A DNA stretch of 64,000 bases from an uncultured Actinomycetota bacterium (GTDB lineage: Bacteria > Actinomycetota > UBA4738 > HRBIN12). Both the position numbers and the translations under genes were made by a program. Positions 30,247 through 40,074 of the stretch are shown here, in pieces; the stretch's first letter is position 1; every line of letters begins with the position of its first letter. The notes beneath the pieces were generated by a model, which was not told the DNA's origin, did not search any database, and was given only the letters and a program-made list of their open reading frames with translations. The DNA is taken from contig CAVTTD010000016.1 of the NCBI GenBank assembly GCA_963737525.1, positions 4,209 through 68,208 on the forward strand, read 5' to 3'.

Positions 30247-30924
30247 TCAGCGGAGATCGTCGAGAGCGTCGGCGATCGGCTTTCGGATCCCCGTGAAGAA
30301 GGGGGTTTCCGACTTCGTGTACAGGCGGGTCTTCGAGTCGCGAAGCCTTCGGATGCAGTCCACGAGGGCATCCAGCTCGTCGGTCTCGAAGGCGAGGATC
30401 CATTCCCAGTCCCCCAGGCCGAACGCGCTGGTCGTGTTGGCGAGCACCTGCGGGAACTCACGCCCGAGCACACCGTGCTCGGCGAGGAGCTCGCCACGTT
30501 CGGGCGGCGGAAGCAGGTACCACTCCGGGGTCCGCACGAAGGGATAGACGCAGAGGTACGTGCGAGGGGCCTCGCCGCGCACGAACGCCGGCTGGTGGTC
30601 GGGGGTGAACTCGGCGGGCTTCACGAGGCCCATCAACGAGGCGACCGGGTCCAGGAAGTCGCCCGCGCGGGTCCGTCGGAACTCGACGACGAACCGCTGG
30701 AGGTCCTCGGCCGATCCGGCGGTCAGCCAGAGCACGAGATCGGCGTCGGCGCGGAACCCGACGGTCGAGTACGAACCGCGCACGTCCACCCTGCCGGCCC
30801 AGTCCTTGAAGAGCGCCTCGATCTCCTCCGCGGCGTCGCGGAGAGCGTCGTCCTCGAAGAGCTCGGCGCGGAGCTCGGGGCTCGCGGCGAACACCGGATA
30901 CAGGGCGTAGATCGTCTCGGTCAT
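30247..30924 (-). CDS. hemQ: Coproheme decarboxylase (chlorite-dismutase-like HemQ/ChdC)
   Basis: 225 aa from ATG 30924. HemQ-like sequence (YLCVYPFVRTPEWYLLP...GLGDWEWILAFE). ATGA overlap with the hemY stop. Confidence 0.85.
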   Translation of the reverse strand: MTETIYALYPVFAASPELRAELFEDDALRDAAEEIEALFKDWAGRVDVRGSYSTVGFRADADLVLWLTAGSAEDLQRFVVEFRRTRAGDFLDPVASLMGLVKPAEFTPDHQPAFVRGEAPRTYLCVYPFVRTPEWYLLPPPERGELLAEHGVLGREFPQVLANTTSAFGLGDWEWILAFETDELDALVDCIRRLRDSKTRLYTKSETPFFTGIRKPIADALDDLR

Positions 30925-32273
30925 GCCGGCTCCTTCCGGGGGGTGCCCGCGTGTGCGAGCACCTGCGCGGCCGTCTCCTCCGCCGCGCGCGCGAGATCGG
31001 ACACGCCGACCCCGTCGAACGCGCTCCCGACGACGAAGATACCCGGCGGCAGCGCCTCGCGGATCCCGCGGACGCGATCGAGGTGGCCGAGCTCGTACTG
31101 CGGCATCGCGCGCCACCATCGGTGGACGCGCGATGCCGCGGGCCCGGGAAGGTCGAGGACGGCACTCAGATGCCGGGCGCATGCCTCGACGATCTCCGCG
31201 TCCGGAGCGTCGAGCACGTCCTCGTCGCCCGCGCCGCCGACGTAGCAGCGCACCACCGCCCGATCCGCGAAGCGCTCGTCCGGCCACTTCCGTGACACGA
31301 AGGTGGCGGCGGTCATCGGTGCCTCGCCGCGGGGGACGACGAAGCCGGTCCCGTCGGGAAGTCCGTCGGCGGTCCCGGGCGGGTAGACGAGGAACACGAC
31401 CCCGGTCGAGACGGAGTGGATCTCGGAAAGACCGCCGGGCGCCGCCGTCCCGAGGAGGGCGCCCGCGGCGTGGGCGCCACAGGCGAGGACGACGGCGTCG
31501 ACCGACTCGGAGCCGTCGGCGAGCCGGACCTCGCGATCGGCGGCGAAGGTGACCTCAGCACCCGTCCGGATGCGCTCGCCGAGGGCCTCGGCGAGCGCAT
31601 CGACCATCTCCCGCATGCCCCGCGAGGGCCGGAGGAACATCGGGCCGGGCTCGGCGTCGCGCGCGGACCGCTGCGCGGCCTGCGCGCCACGGATCAGGCT
31701 CCCTTGGGTCCGCTCCCAGGTCTCGAGCTCGGGGAACGTCGCCCCGGCCGAGAGCCTGTCGACGTCGCCGGCGTGCAGCCCCGCGAGGAGCGGGGCGATC
31801 GCCCGATCGGTCGCCTCGTCGCCGAGGCGCCTTCGGAGCAGCCCGCCGAGCGTCTCGTCGACCCCGCCCCGCCGCTTGCGCTTCACCAGGTCAGCCAGCG
31901 CGCGGATCCGTCCCCGCCGCGACAGGCCGGGCCATCGGAGCACGTCCCCGACGTCGCCCGGGATCCCGAACGCGGTGCCGGCGAGGTAGGGCACCAGCCC
32001 GGTGTCCGTCCAGAGGAGGGCACCGGTGGCCCCCGGGGGGTCGAGCGTCAGGCCGAGGTCACGGCAGAGGTCCACGCCCCAGGGCTTCCGCGCCGCCAGC
32101 GAGTCGGGGCCCGGCTCGAGCGCCAGGTCTCCCACGTCGAGAGGAGGCGCCACGACCCCGCCGTGGGTGTCCTCCCGTTCGAACACGACGGGATCTGCGC
32201 CGGCACGCAGGAGGTGGTACGCGGTCGCGAGCCCCGCGATGCCGCCGCCCACGACGGCGACCCGGCCGCTCAC
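30921..32273 (-). CDS. hemY: Coproporphyrinogen/protoporphyrinogen oxidase (HemY/CgoX)
   Basis: FAD fold VAVVGGGIAGLATAY. 450 aa. GTG at 32273 overlaps the hemH stop. The upstream part of the 825-aa ORF is out-of-frame read-through. Confidence 0.85.
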   Translation of the reverse strand: MSGRVAVVGGGIAGLATAYHLLRAGADPVVFEREDTHGGVVAPPLDVGDLALEPGPDSLAARKPWGVDLCRDLGLTLDPPGATGALLWTDTGLVPYLAGTAFGIPGDVGDVLRWPGLSRRGRIRALADLVKRKRRGGVDETLGGLLRRRLGDEATDRAIAPLLAGLHAGDVDRLSAGATFPELETWERTQGSLIRGAQAAQRSARDAEPGPMFLRPSRGMREMVDALAEALGERIRTGAEVTFAADREVRLADGSESVDAVVLACGAHAAGALLGTAAPGGLSEIHSVSTGVVFLVYPPGTADGLPDGTGFVVPRGEAPMTAATFVSRKWPDERFADRAVVRCYVGGAGDEDVLDAPDAEIVEACARHLSAVLDLPGPAASRVHRWWRAMPQYELGHLDRVRGIREALPPGIFVVGSAFDGVGVSDLARAAEETAAQVLAHAGTPRKEPA

Positions 32274-33241
32274 GCCTCCCGTGCCTCGGCCAGATGGTCT
32301 CGCACCACCTCGGCCAGGACGTCGAGGTACTCGGCGTCGGCGTTCGGCATCGTCGTTCGGACGAACCGGATCCCGGCGCCCTCCGCGACGGCCTTCGCCT
32401 CGATGTCCAGGTCGTAGAGGATCTCGAGGTGATCCGCGACGAACCCGGCGGAGCAGACGACCACGGCGCGGTGCCCGAGCGCTGCCGACTCGAGGATCGA
32501 CTCCTCCACCGGCGGCCCCCACCACGGATCGGCGGTGCGCCCTGCGCTCTGCCACGCGATCGCGTAGCGCTCGAGTCCGATCGTTCGGGCGACGAGGTCC
32601 GCCGTCTCCTGGAGTCCGTCGCGATAGCGGCACGATCCGGCGCAGTCGCACGTCTTGCAGCGGAGCGAACCGTCCTCCATCGCGCGGGTCGGCAGCGAGT
32701 GCGCGGTGAACAGCACCATCGCCCCGGCTCGGTCTGTCGGGCTCAGTCGTTCGAGTGCATCCGATACGCGCGCGGCGAGGAACTTCACGAACGAGGGGTG
32801 GGCGTGATAGCTGCGGACGAACGAGAACGACGGTCCGCCGCCTCGCTCGTCCGTCGCGCCGCGAACCCGTTCCACGTAGGTCTCGACGGACATGCCCGAC
32901 CAATGAGGTGCCATCACGATGCCGACCGCACGCTCGATCCCGTCTTCGCGCATCCGAGCCACGGCCTCCGGGATCGACGGCGCCGAATGCTTCATCCCGA
33001 GGTACGAGCGGTACGTCGTCCCCTCGCCGCTCAGTCGATCGACCAGGCCCGCCGCCTGGGCACGTGTCGTGTCCAGGAGCGGGAACACGTTCCCGATCGC
33101 CGCGTAGCGCTCGCGCAGCTCCCTGAGGTGCTCCGGTGTCGGCGCGCGCCCACCACGGATGTCCGTGTAGTAGCGCTCGATGTCCTCCGGACCGCTCGCG
33201 GTGCCGTACGCCATCACGAGCACGCCCACGGGGGCGGTCAC
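32270..33241 (-). CDS. hemH: Ferrochelatase (coproporphyrin ferrochelatase type) with an internal four-Cys insertion
   Basis: LVMAYGTASGPEDIERYY...FTAHSLP...WQSAGRT..PWWGP.... Insertion CKTCDCAGSC. GTG at 33241 overlaps the hemE stop. Confidence 0.88.
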   Translation of the reverse strand: MTAPVGVLVMAYGTASGPEDIERYYTDIRGGRAPTPEHLRELRERYAAIGNVFPLLDTTRAQAAGLVDRLSGEGTTYRSYLGMKHSAPSIPEAVARMREDGIERAVGIVMAPHWSGMSVETYVERVRGATDERGGGPSFSFVRSYHAHPSFVKFLAARVSDALERLSPTDRAGAMVLFTAHSLPTRAMEDGSLRCKTCDCAGSCRYRDGLQETADLVARTIGLERYAIAWQSAGRTADPWWGPPVEESILESAALGHRAVVVCSAGFVADHLEILYDLDIEAKAVAEGAGIRFVRTTMPNADAEYLDVLAEVVRDHLAEAREA

Positions 33242-34284
33242 GAGGCGGCGCGCTCCGTCTCCGCGTGGACCAGGTCCACCAATCGTCGGAGATGCTCGAC
33301 CGGCGTGTCGGGCAGCACGCCGTGGCCCAGGTTGAACACGTGTCCGGTTCGGCCGCCGGCGCGGGCGAGGACGTCGCGAGCCTTCCGCTCCACCGCATCC
33401 CAGGGACCGAGCAGGACCGCGGGATCCAGGTTCCCCTGGATCGCGCGGTCGTGGCCGATCGTCGCCCAGGCCTCGTCGAGCGGGACGCGGTGGTCGACGC
33501 CGACGGCGTCGCCCCCCGCGTCCCGCATCAGCTCCAGCAGGTGCCCCGTCCCCACCCCGAAGTGGATCGCCGGCACGTCCGTGCCGGCGATCCCCTCGAG
33601 CACCCTGGCCGTGTGCGGGTACACGGAGCGGCGATAGTCGTCTCGATCGAGCACCCCGACCCACGAGTCGAAGAGCTGCAGCGCGTGCACGCCGGCATCG
33701 ACCTGAGCCAGGAGATGCGTGAGCACGATGTCGGCCAGCGTTCCGAGGAGGCGCTCGAAGACGGCCGGCTCCTGGTGCATGAACGCCTTCGTCCGGACGA
33801 AGGTCCGGCTGGGTCCTCCCTCGATCAGGTAGCTCGCGAGCGTGAACGGGGCACCGGCGAATCCGATCAGGGGCACCTCCAGCTCCTTCACGAGGAGCCG
33901 GATCGCCTCCGACACGTGCGGCTCGTCGGTCTCCGGATCCAGCGGCCGGAGCCGGGCCACCGCCGAGGCATCCGTGATCGGCTCGTCCAGCACCGGCCCT
34001 CGTCCCGCCTCGATCCGGACCGGGACGCCGACCGCGGCGATCGGCACCATGATGTCGGAGAACAGGATCGCGGCGTCGAGCGACATCCGCCGGAGCGGCT
34101 GGAGCGTGAGCTCGAGCACCTGCTCGGGGCGGCGGCACGTCTCGAGGATGTCCGCGTCGCCGCGGAGCTCTCGATATCCGGGGAGGTAGCGGCCCGCCTG
34201 CCGCATGAACCACACGGGGGTTCGGTCCACGGGCTGGCGTCGCAGCGCGCGCAGCAGACGATCGTTGGAGGGGGCTCCGTTCAC
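33238..34284 (-). CDS. hemE: Uroporphyrinogen decarboxylase
   Basis: 348 aa. PVWFMRQAGRYLPGYRELR is the canonical HemE N-terminal motif. Confidence 0.93.
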   Translation of the reverse strand: MNGAPSNDRLLRALRRQPVDRTPVWFMRQAGRYLPGYRELRGDADILETCRRPEQVLELTLQPLRRMSLDAAILFSDIMVPIAAVGVPVRIEAGRGPVLDEPITDASAVARLRPLDPETDEPHVSEAIRLLVKELEVPLIGFAGAPFTLASYLIEGGPSRTFVRTKAFMHQEPAVFERLLGTLADIVLTHLLAQVDAGVHALQLFDSWVGVLDRDDYRRSVYPHTARVLEGIAGTDVPAIHFGVGTGHLLELMRDAGGDAVGVDHRVPLDEAWATIGHDRAIQGNLDPAVLLGPWDAVERKARDVLARAGGRTGHVFNLGHGVLPDTPVEHLRRLVDLVHAETERAAS

Positions 34285-34289
34285 ACCCC

Positions 34290-35901
34290 TCAGGATACGG
34301 AGCGTGAGATCGGCGACGAGGTCGTCGCCATCGGCTCGGTCGCGCCGGCGAGGGCGTCTTCCGCCATCATCGCGGCCGGTTGCGGGAACCGGATGCGGAA
34401 CGCGGCGCCACCTCCGGGCGCTTCCTCGATGCTGATCGTGCCGCCCATCGCCTCGACGAGCCCGTGGACGACGGAGAGACCGAGGCCGAGGCCGTGCCCG
34501 TGCAACGTGTCGAGCCGATGGAAGCGGTCGAAGACCTTGTCTCGATCCGCCTCCGCGACCCCACCTCCCGAGTCCAGGACGGAGAGCCAGACGAACTCGG
34601 CGTCAGAGGTCAGCTCGATCCGGACGGGCGGGCGACCGTACTTGAACGCGTTGTCCAGGAGGTTGTCGAGGATCCTGCGGACGTATTCGCGGTCGCAGAG
34701 GACGAGTGCTGCCCGCGGGGCCGTGACCCGGATCTCCCGACCCAGGACGCCGTGGTCCGCGGCCGCCTCCCGCACCACGCTGGCGACGTCGATCGTCTCC
34801 ATGCGACGCACGGCTTCCCCACGCTCCAGCTCGGCCGCGGAGAGCAGATCCTCCACCATCGTCCCGAGCCGCATCGCGGCGCGCTCGACGATGTCCTCGA
34901 GCTCGTCGCGATGGTCCGCCAACTCGGGCTTCCGGCTGGAGGTGACGGCCCCGATGATCGAGGCGATCGGGCGTCCGCAGCTCGTGACTCACGAGGGCGA
35001 TGAACTCGCCCTTCACGCGATTGAGGTGCGTGAGCTCCTCGACCTGTGCGCGCTCCAGCTCGTACAGACGGGCGTTCGCGATCGCCGCCGCCGCTTGCTC
35101 GGCGAAGAGAGAGACCGCTCGCAGGTCGAACTCCGTGAAGACCCGATCACCGGATGAGTTCACGTTCAGCACGCCGAGCAGCTCCTCCCGATGGATGAGC
35201 GGCGCGCTGATCGCGCTGTGCACCGGAAGCTCGTGGGGGATGAGGCCCGGGAAATCCTCCGGGTCGGCCGTCCCCTGTACCAGGAGCGCTTCTCCCTTCT
35301 GCGCGACACGGCCCGCGATGCCCTCGCCGAGCCGCACCCTGCCACCGTCGGCGCGTTCGTTCCCGTGCGAGCACGCGACGACGAGATCCGATCCCTCCAG
35401 CAACATCACCGACCCGCTGTCGCTGCCGAGGAGCTCCACCGCGCTCCCGAGCATCGTGTTCAACACGACCGCGAGCTCGAGTGCGTCGTTCATCGCCTTC
35501 CCGGCTTCGAGCAGCAGCTCCACCTCCCGAAGGCGGTTCGACAGCGCGGTCGTCAACACTCGCTCATCGATCAGGAGACGGGAGAGCTTCCGAAGGTGGC
35601 GTTCCTTGTCGATCGCGTAGATGCAGAACGCGATGCTGAGCAGCACGACCGCGATCCGCATCACCGGCGTGCTGGCGAAATGGCGTGTGGCGCTCGTCTG
35701 CCAGGTCGACACGAACACGACGCCCAGCGAGATCGAGACCAGCAGGATCGCCGTCAGGATCCAGAGCTGCAGCCGGCGGCGCTCGACCGCCTCGAGCGAA
35801 GGCGTGCGGAAATCACGCAGGCCGGCCACCCGGGCTTCCTGCTGCATGGGCTCGGTCACTCGGTCATCCGTCGTCACTCGTTCAGGCTCCCTGGCAAGCA
35901 T
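34290..35901 (-). pseudogene. Membrane GAF-domain sensor histidine kinase, one frame disruption
   Basis: Two TM helices, a GAF-like region (…GEGIAGRVAQKGEALLV…), and H-box FIALVSHELRTP. The frame switches at about 34968 into IASIIGA…. The HATPase motifs follow (DNLLDNAFKY, DSGGG, GHGLGLGLS). The start choice of 35901 avoids the tRNA-Ser. Confidence 0.8.
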
Positions 35902-35949
35902 CGGTCGAGCAGAGACCCCGGTTGAGCAGAGGAGCGGCGGATATCGGTG

Positions 35950-36036
35950 CGGGAGGAGTGGGATTCGAACCCACGAGCGAGTTGCCCCGCTAACGGTTTT
36001 CAAGACCGTCGCCTTCGTCCGCTCGGCCATCCTCCC
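35950..36036 (-). tRNA. tRNA-Ser (anticodon TGA)
   Basis: GGGAGGA acceptor, anticodon loop CU-TGA-AA, long variable arm, GGTTCGAATCC T-loop. No encoded CCA. Confidence 0.9.
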
Positions 36037-36094
36037 GCAAGGAGGGTACGTCACGGTCTGGAGCCGGCACCGCAGGCCGGGTTACGCTTCCGCC

Positions 36095-38311
36095 ATGCCC
36101 GGCCCGAGATCCCCATCTCCGAACGTCTCGATCCCTTCGCCTCGAAGCACGCGTACGCGCGAACTCGTCGAGCAGCTGCCGTGCGTCGTCTACGTCGACA
36201 CCGACGATCAGCGTGCGTCGACGATCTACATCAGCCCCAACGATCGAGCAGCTCCTCGGGTTCCCGGCCCAGCGATTCCTGGAGGATCCGGAACTCTGGA
36301 TCCGCTCGATGCACCCGGACGACCGCGAACGGATCCAAGCTCTCCGGGACGAGGTCTGGTCGACCGGAGCGCCCTACCGATCCGAGTACCGGATGTTGCG
36401 GGAGGACGGTGAGGAGGTCTGGCTTCGAGACTCCAGCGTGCTCGTGCTGAGCGACGCCGGTGAGCGTCTCGCGTGGCAAGGAGTCATCGAGGACATCACG
36501 AGCGAGCGGCGGGCCGAGCAGGAGATCCGATCGTCGGAGGCTCGCTACCGAGCCCTCGTCGAACGGGTCCCGGCCGTCGTCTACGAGATGGGGCCCGACG
36601 ATGAGCGCCGGACCCTGTTCGTCAGCCCGCACGTCGAGCAGGTGCTCGGCTACTCACGAGCGCGAGTGGCTCGACCAGCCGGACATCTGGATCGAGCTCC
36701 TGCACGCCGACGATCGCGAGGTCGTCCTCGCGCAGCACGATCGTCACAACGAGACGGGCGAGCCCTGGGACCTCGAATACCGGTTGATCGCGAACGACGG
36801 GCGCGTCGTGTGGGTCCACGACCGCGCGAGCCTGATCCGTGGTGGCGAGTCGGGCGTCGCCGCCTGGCACGGTGTGATGATCGACGTCACCGCGGAGCAC
36901 GACGCCAAGGAGATGCTGCTCCTTCACCAGGAAGACCTCGAACGCCGCGTCGACGAGCGCACGAACGAGTTACAGGAAACGAACGAGCTCATGGCGCTCG
37001 AGATCGGTGAGCGGCGACGGATGGAGAACGAGCTCCGGCAGATGGAGGAGCGGTACCGGCGACTCGTCGAGAACATGCCCGGCATCGCCTACATCTGGGA
37101 GGTGGGTCCGGGCAACGAGATCCGATCCTTCGGATACGTCAATCCGCGTGTCCTGGACGTGCTCGGTTTCTCACCCGAGGAATGGCATGCATCCACCCGG
37201 ATCCACCCGCATGATCAGAAGAGGGTGGCCGAAGCCCTGGATCGGACCCGGCGGACGGGCGAACCGTTCCTCATGGAATACCGCTTCCTCGCGAAGGACG
37301 GGAGCGTGGTCTGGGTCCTGGACCACGCTTCGCTCATCGCACGGTCGCAGAGTGGGGACCCCTCCACCTTCCAAGGGGTGATCCTCGACATCACAAGCCG
37401 GAAGGAGGCGGAGTCGAAGGCCGCCGCTGCCGAAGACCGCTACCGGAACCTCACCGAACGCGGCCCGGTCGTCGCCTACTCCTACGAGCTCACCTACACC
37501 GACGGTGAGGCAGACCCGTCCCTCCACGTGTCCTACGTGAGCCCGCAGGCGGAGGAGCTCGTGCGATACCCGGTCGAGCACTGGCTCCACGATGCCGCCG
37601 CATGGATCGGGATGGTGCATCCGGACGACCGGGAGCGCGTGGTGGCTATCACCACCCGGAATTGGCTGACCGGGGAGCCCTGGACGAGCCGCTACCGGAT
37701 GATCCGCTCCGACGGCACCGTGATCTGGCTCCTCGACGCCGGCCGGTTGCTGGATCGGGACGATCTCGGACGGCCCCAGGGCCTTCCAGGGGATCCTGCT
37801 CGACATCACGCACGACGAGGAGGCCCGCGCCAGCCTCGAGAGCCTCCGCACGTGAGCAGGGAAGCCGTGCTCGACGGCGCGCTGGCGATCCCGTGGTCGG
37901 AGATGATCGATCCCGAGACGGGGTTCGAGCAGTACACCTACATCGGCCAGCAAGCGTTCGACATCTTGGGCTACACGCCCGAGGAGCTCATGGTCGAGCG
38001 CAATCATTTCCCCCGCATGGTGCATCCCGACGATCGGGCTCGCGTCCGGATCTCCTCCGAGCGCTCCGTTGAGACGGGCTTCTGGGAGGAGACCTATCGC
38101 GTCCTCCGGCGCGACGGCACGATCCGATGGCTCCATGGCGTTCGGCCGACGGTCCTCACCGACGGGCGTGGTGCCGGAGGAGTGGCAGGGAGTGTCGATC
38201 GACGTCACGGCGTCTCACGCGGGGCGCGAGACGCCGACGGCGACTCGAGATGACACTCGGGTCGAGCAGACCTCGTCCGCCTCCGACTCCGCCGCCGCGA
38301 AGGGTCGCTAG
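36095..38311 (+). pseudogene. Multi-PAS (five repeats) protein with a central coiled coil and no recognisable output domain; four to five frame disruptions
   Basis: Five PAS units, each carrying an H(P/A)xD(R/Q) motif: MHPDDRERI, LHADDREVV, IHPHDQKRV, VHPDDRERV, VHPDDRARV. Frame switches at about 36242, 36654, 37783, (37852) and 38167. The ATG start at 36095 is tentative. Confidence 0.65.
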
Positions 38312-39588
38312 GCAGCGGACCTGGCGGTGAGCACCCGAGCGTGCTCGGGCAGGTAGGGGTGCAGCGTCGCCGGGATCTCGACACTCCCGTCGGCGCGCTG
38401 ATGGTTCTCCATGATCGCGATGAGCGTCCTGCCGATCGCGGTCGCGGTGCCGTTCAACGTGTGGAGGATCTCCACGCTCCCGTCGGCGCGCCGAACCCGC
38501 GTCTGCATACGGCGCGCCTGGTAGTCGGTGGTGTTGGAGCAGGACGTCAGCTCTCGGTACCGACCCTGGCCGGGGAGCCACGCCTCGATGTCGTACTTCT
38601 TGGCCGCGGAGCCTCCGAGGTCGCCCGCCGCGATGTTCACCACCCGATAGGGGATCTCCAGGTTGCCGATGATCTCTTCCTCGATCGCGAGGATCCGCTC
38701 GTGTTCGTCCCACGATGACTCGGGCGTGGAGAACACGAACATCTCGACCTTGTCGAACTGGTGCACGCGGAACATCCCGCCGAGGTCCTTGCCGTACGAC
38801 CCGGCCTCGCGCCGGAAGCAGGTGGAGTACCCGGCGTACTGGATGGGCAGGTCGGCCTCCTCGACGATCTCCCCCAGATGGAACGCCGCCAACGGCACCT
38901 CCGAGGTCCCGACCAGGTACAGATCGTCCTCACGGGTCGTGTAGAGGTTCACGGCGTCCGTGGGGAGGAAGCCGGTTCCGTACATCGCTTCCTCGCGCAC
39001 GAGCACCGGCGGGATCACGGGTGAGAAGCCCTTCTCCACCACGATGTCCATCGCATGGCGCATGAGCGCGAACTGCACGAAGACGAGATCGCCCATCAGG
39101 TACACGAACCGCGAACCCGACGTCCGGGCTCCGCGCTCGGTGTCGAGGACGCCGAGCATCTCCCCGAGCTCCGCGTGGTCGCGGGGCTCGAAGTCGAACG
39201 CCGGCGGCTCATCGTGGTTCCGCTTCAGCTCGACGGCGTCCTCCTCGGTGAACCCGTCGGGCGCGCTCTCGTGCGGGACGTTCGGGGTCTCGGCGAGCAG
39301 GCGGTTGAGCTCCTCCTCCGCCTCGCCGAGCTGCGGCTCGAGCTCCTTCAGCTCGGCGGAGACCTTCGCCACCTCCTCGATCAGCTGCTGTTTGTCCTCG
39401 CCTTTCGCGGCGCCGATCGCTTTGGATGCTCGGTTCTGCTCCGCTCGCAGCTCCTCGACGCGGGCCGTCAGCGACCGACGCCGCTCGTCGGCCTGGAGCA
39501 GCCGCTCGACGGCGTCGGCGAGGTTCCGCCTCGCAAGCGCGGCCCGGAACGGATCGGGGTCCTCCCTGATCCGCTTGATGTCGAGCAA
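38308..39588 (-). CDS. serS: Seryl-tRNA synthetase
   Basis: 426 aa. Canonical N-terminus MLDIKRIRE, here encoded by a TTG start. Class II motifs present (FRRE, GTATAIGRT). Confidence 0.93.
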   Translation of the reverse strand: MLDIKRIREDPDPFRAALARRNLADAVERLLQADERRRSLTARVEELRAEQNRASKAIGAAKGEDKQQLIEEVAKVSAELKELEPQLGEAEEELNRLLAETPNVPHESAPDGFTEEDAVELKRNHDEPPAFDFEPRDHAELGEMLGVLDTERGARTSGSRFVYLMGDLVFVQFALMRHAMDIVVEKGFSPVIPPVLVREEAMYGTGFLPTDAVNLYTTREDDLYLVGTSEVPLAAFHLGEIVEEADLPIQYAGYSTCFRREAGSYGKDLGGMFRVHQFDKVEMFVFSTPESSWDEHERILAIEEEIIGNLEIPYRVVNIAAGDLGGSAAKKYDIEAWLPGQGRYRELTSCSNTTDYQARRMQTRVRRADGSVEILHTLNGTATAIGRTLIAIMENHQRADGSVEIPATLHPYLPEHARVLTARSAA

Positions 39589-40074
39589 CTACGGCACCTT
39601 CACTTCCGGCTCGTCGCGCTCTTCCTCGGTCTGTTGCGGGGCTTGCTGCTGACGAGCGGCCTCGGGCGGGGACGAGCCGTCCATGATGCTCTGCCCGTGG
39701 AAGACACCGCCTTCCTCGACCACGAGGGTCTTGGAGGTGATGTTGCCGTCGACCCGGCCGCCCCGGCCGACGTGCGCTTTCCCCTTCACGAAGATCGAGC
39801 CCTTGAACCGCCCCGCGACGCTCACGTTCTGCGCGCGGATGTCCGCTTCGACCTGGCTCTGCGGGGAGAGCGCCACGTCGCCCTCGGCGTTGATCTGTCC
39901 CTTCACCTGCCCGTCGATGCGGAGGTTCCCCGCGGAGACGACGTTGCCTTCCAGTCGCGCCCCGGCGCCGACGATCGTGACCTCGCCCTCTTCTGCCATG
40001 ACTGCCTCCGTTCGATCGTTGCCCCGGCCGCTCCCGCGGCCCTGACCTTCCACGTCTTCTCGTCGTCGGATCAT
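39589..40074 (-). CDS. Bactofilin-family (polymer-forming cytoskeletal) protein
   Basis: Beta-helical repeat core (TIVGAGARLEGNVVSAGNLRIDGQVKGQINAEGDVALS...) with a Pro/Gln/Glu-rich tail. ATG at 40074 overlaps the DUF4446 stop (ATGA); ATG at 39999 is the alternative. Confidence 0.8.
   Translation of the reverse strand: MIRRREDVEGQGRGSGRGNDRTEAVMAEEGEVTIVGAGARLEGNVVSAGNLRIDGQVKGQINAEGDVALSPQSQVEADIRAQNVSVAGRFKGSIFVKGKAHVGRGGRVDGNITSKTLVVEEGGVFHGQSIMDGSSPPEAARQQQAPQQTEEERDEPEVKVP

Noticed and set aside
30921-33398. 825-aa ORF that could be read as a HemH-HemY fusion.
   Set aside because: Only the C-terminal 450 aa (from GTG 32273) are HemY-like. The upstream part is an out-of-frame reading across hemH, which has its own clean frame ending at 32270.
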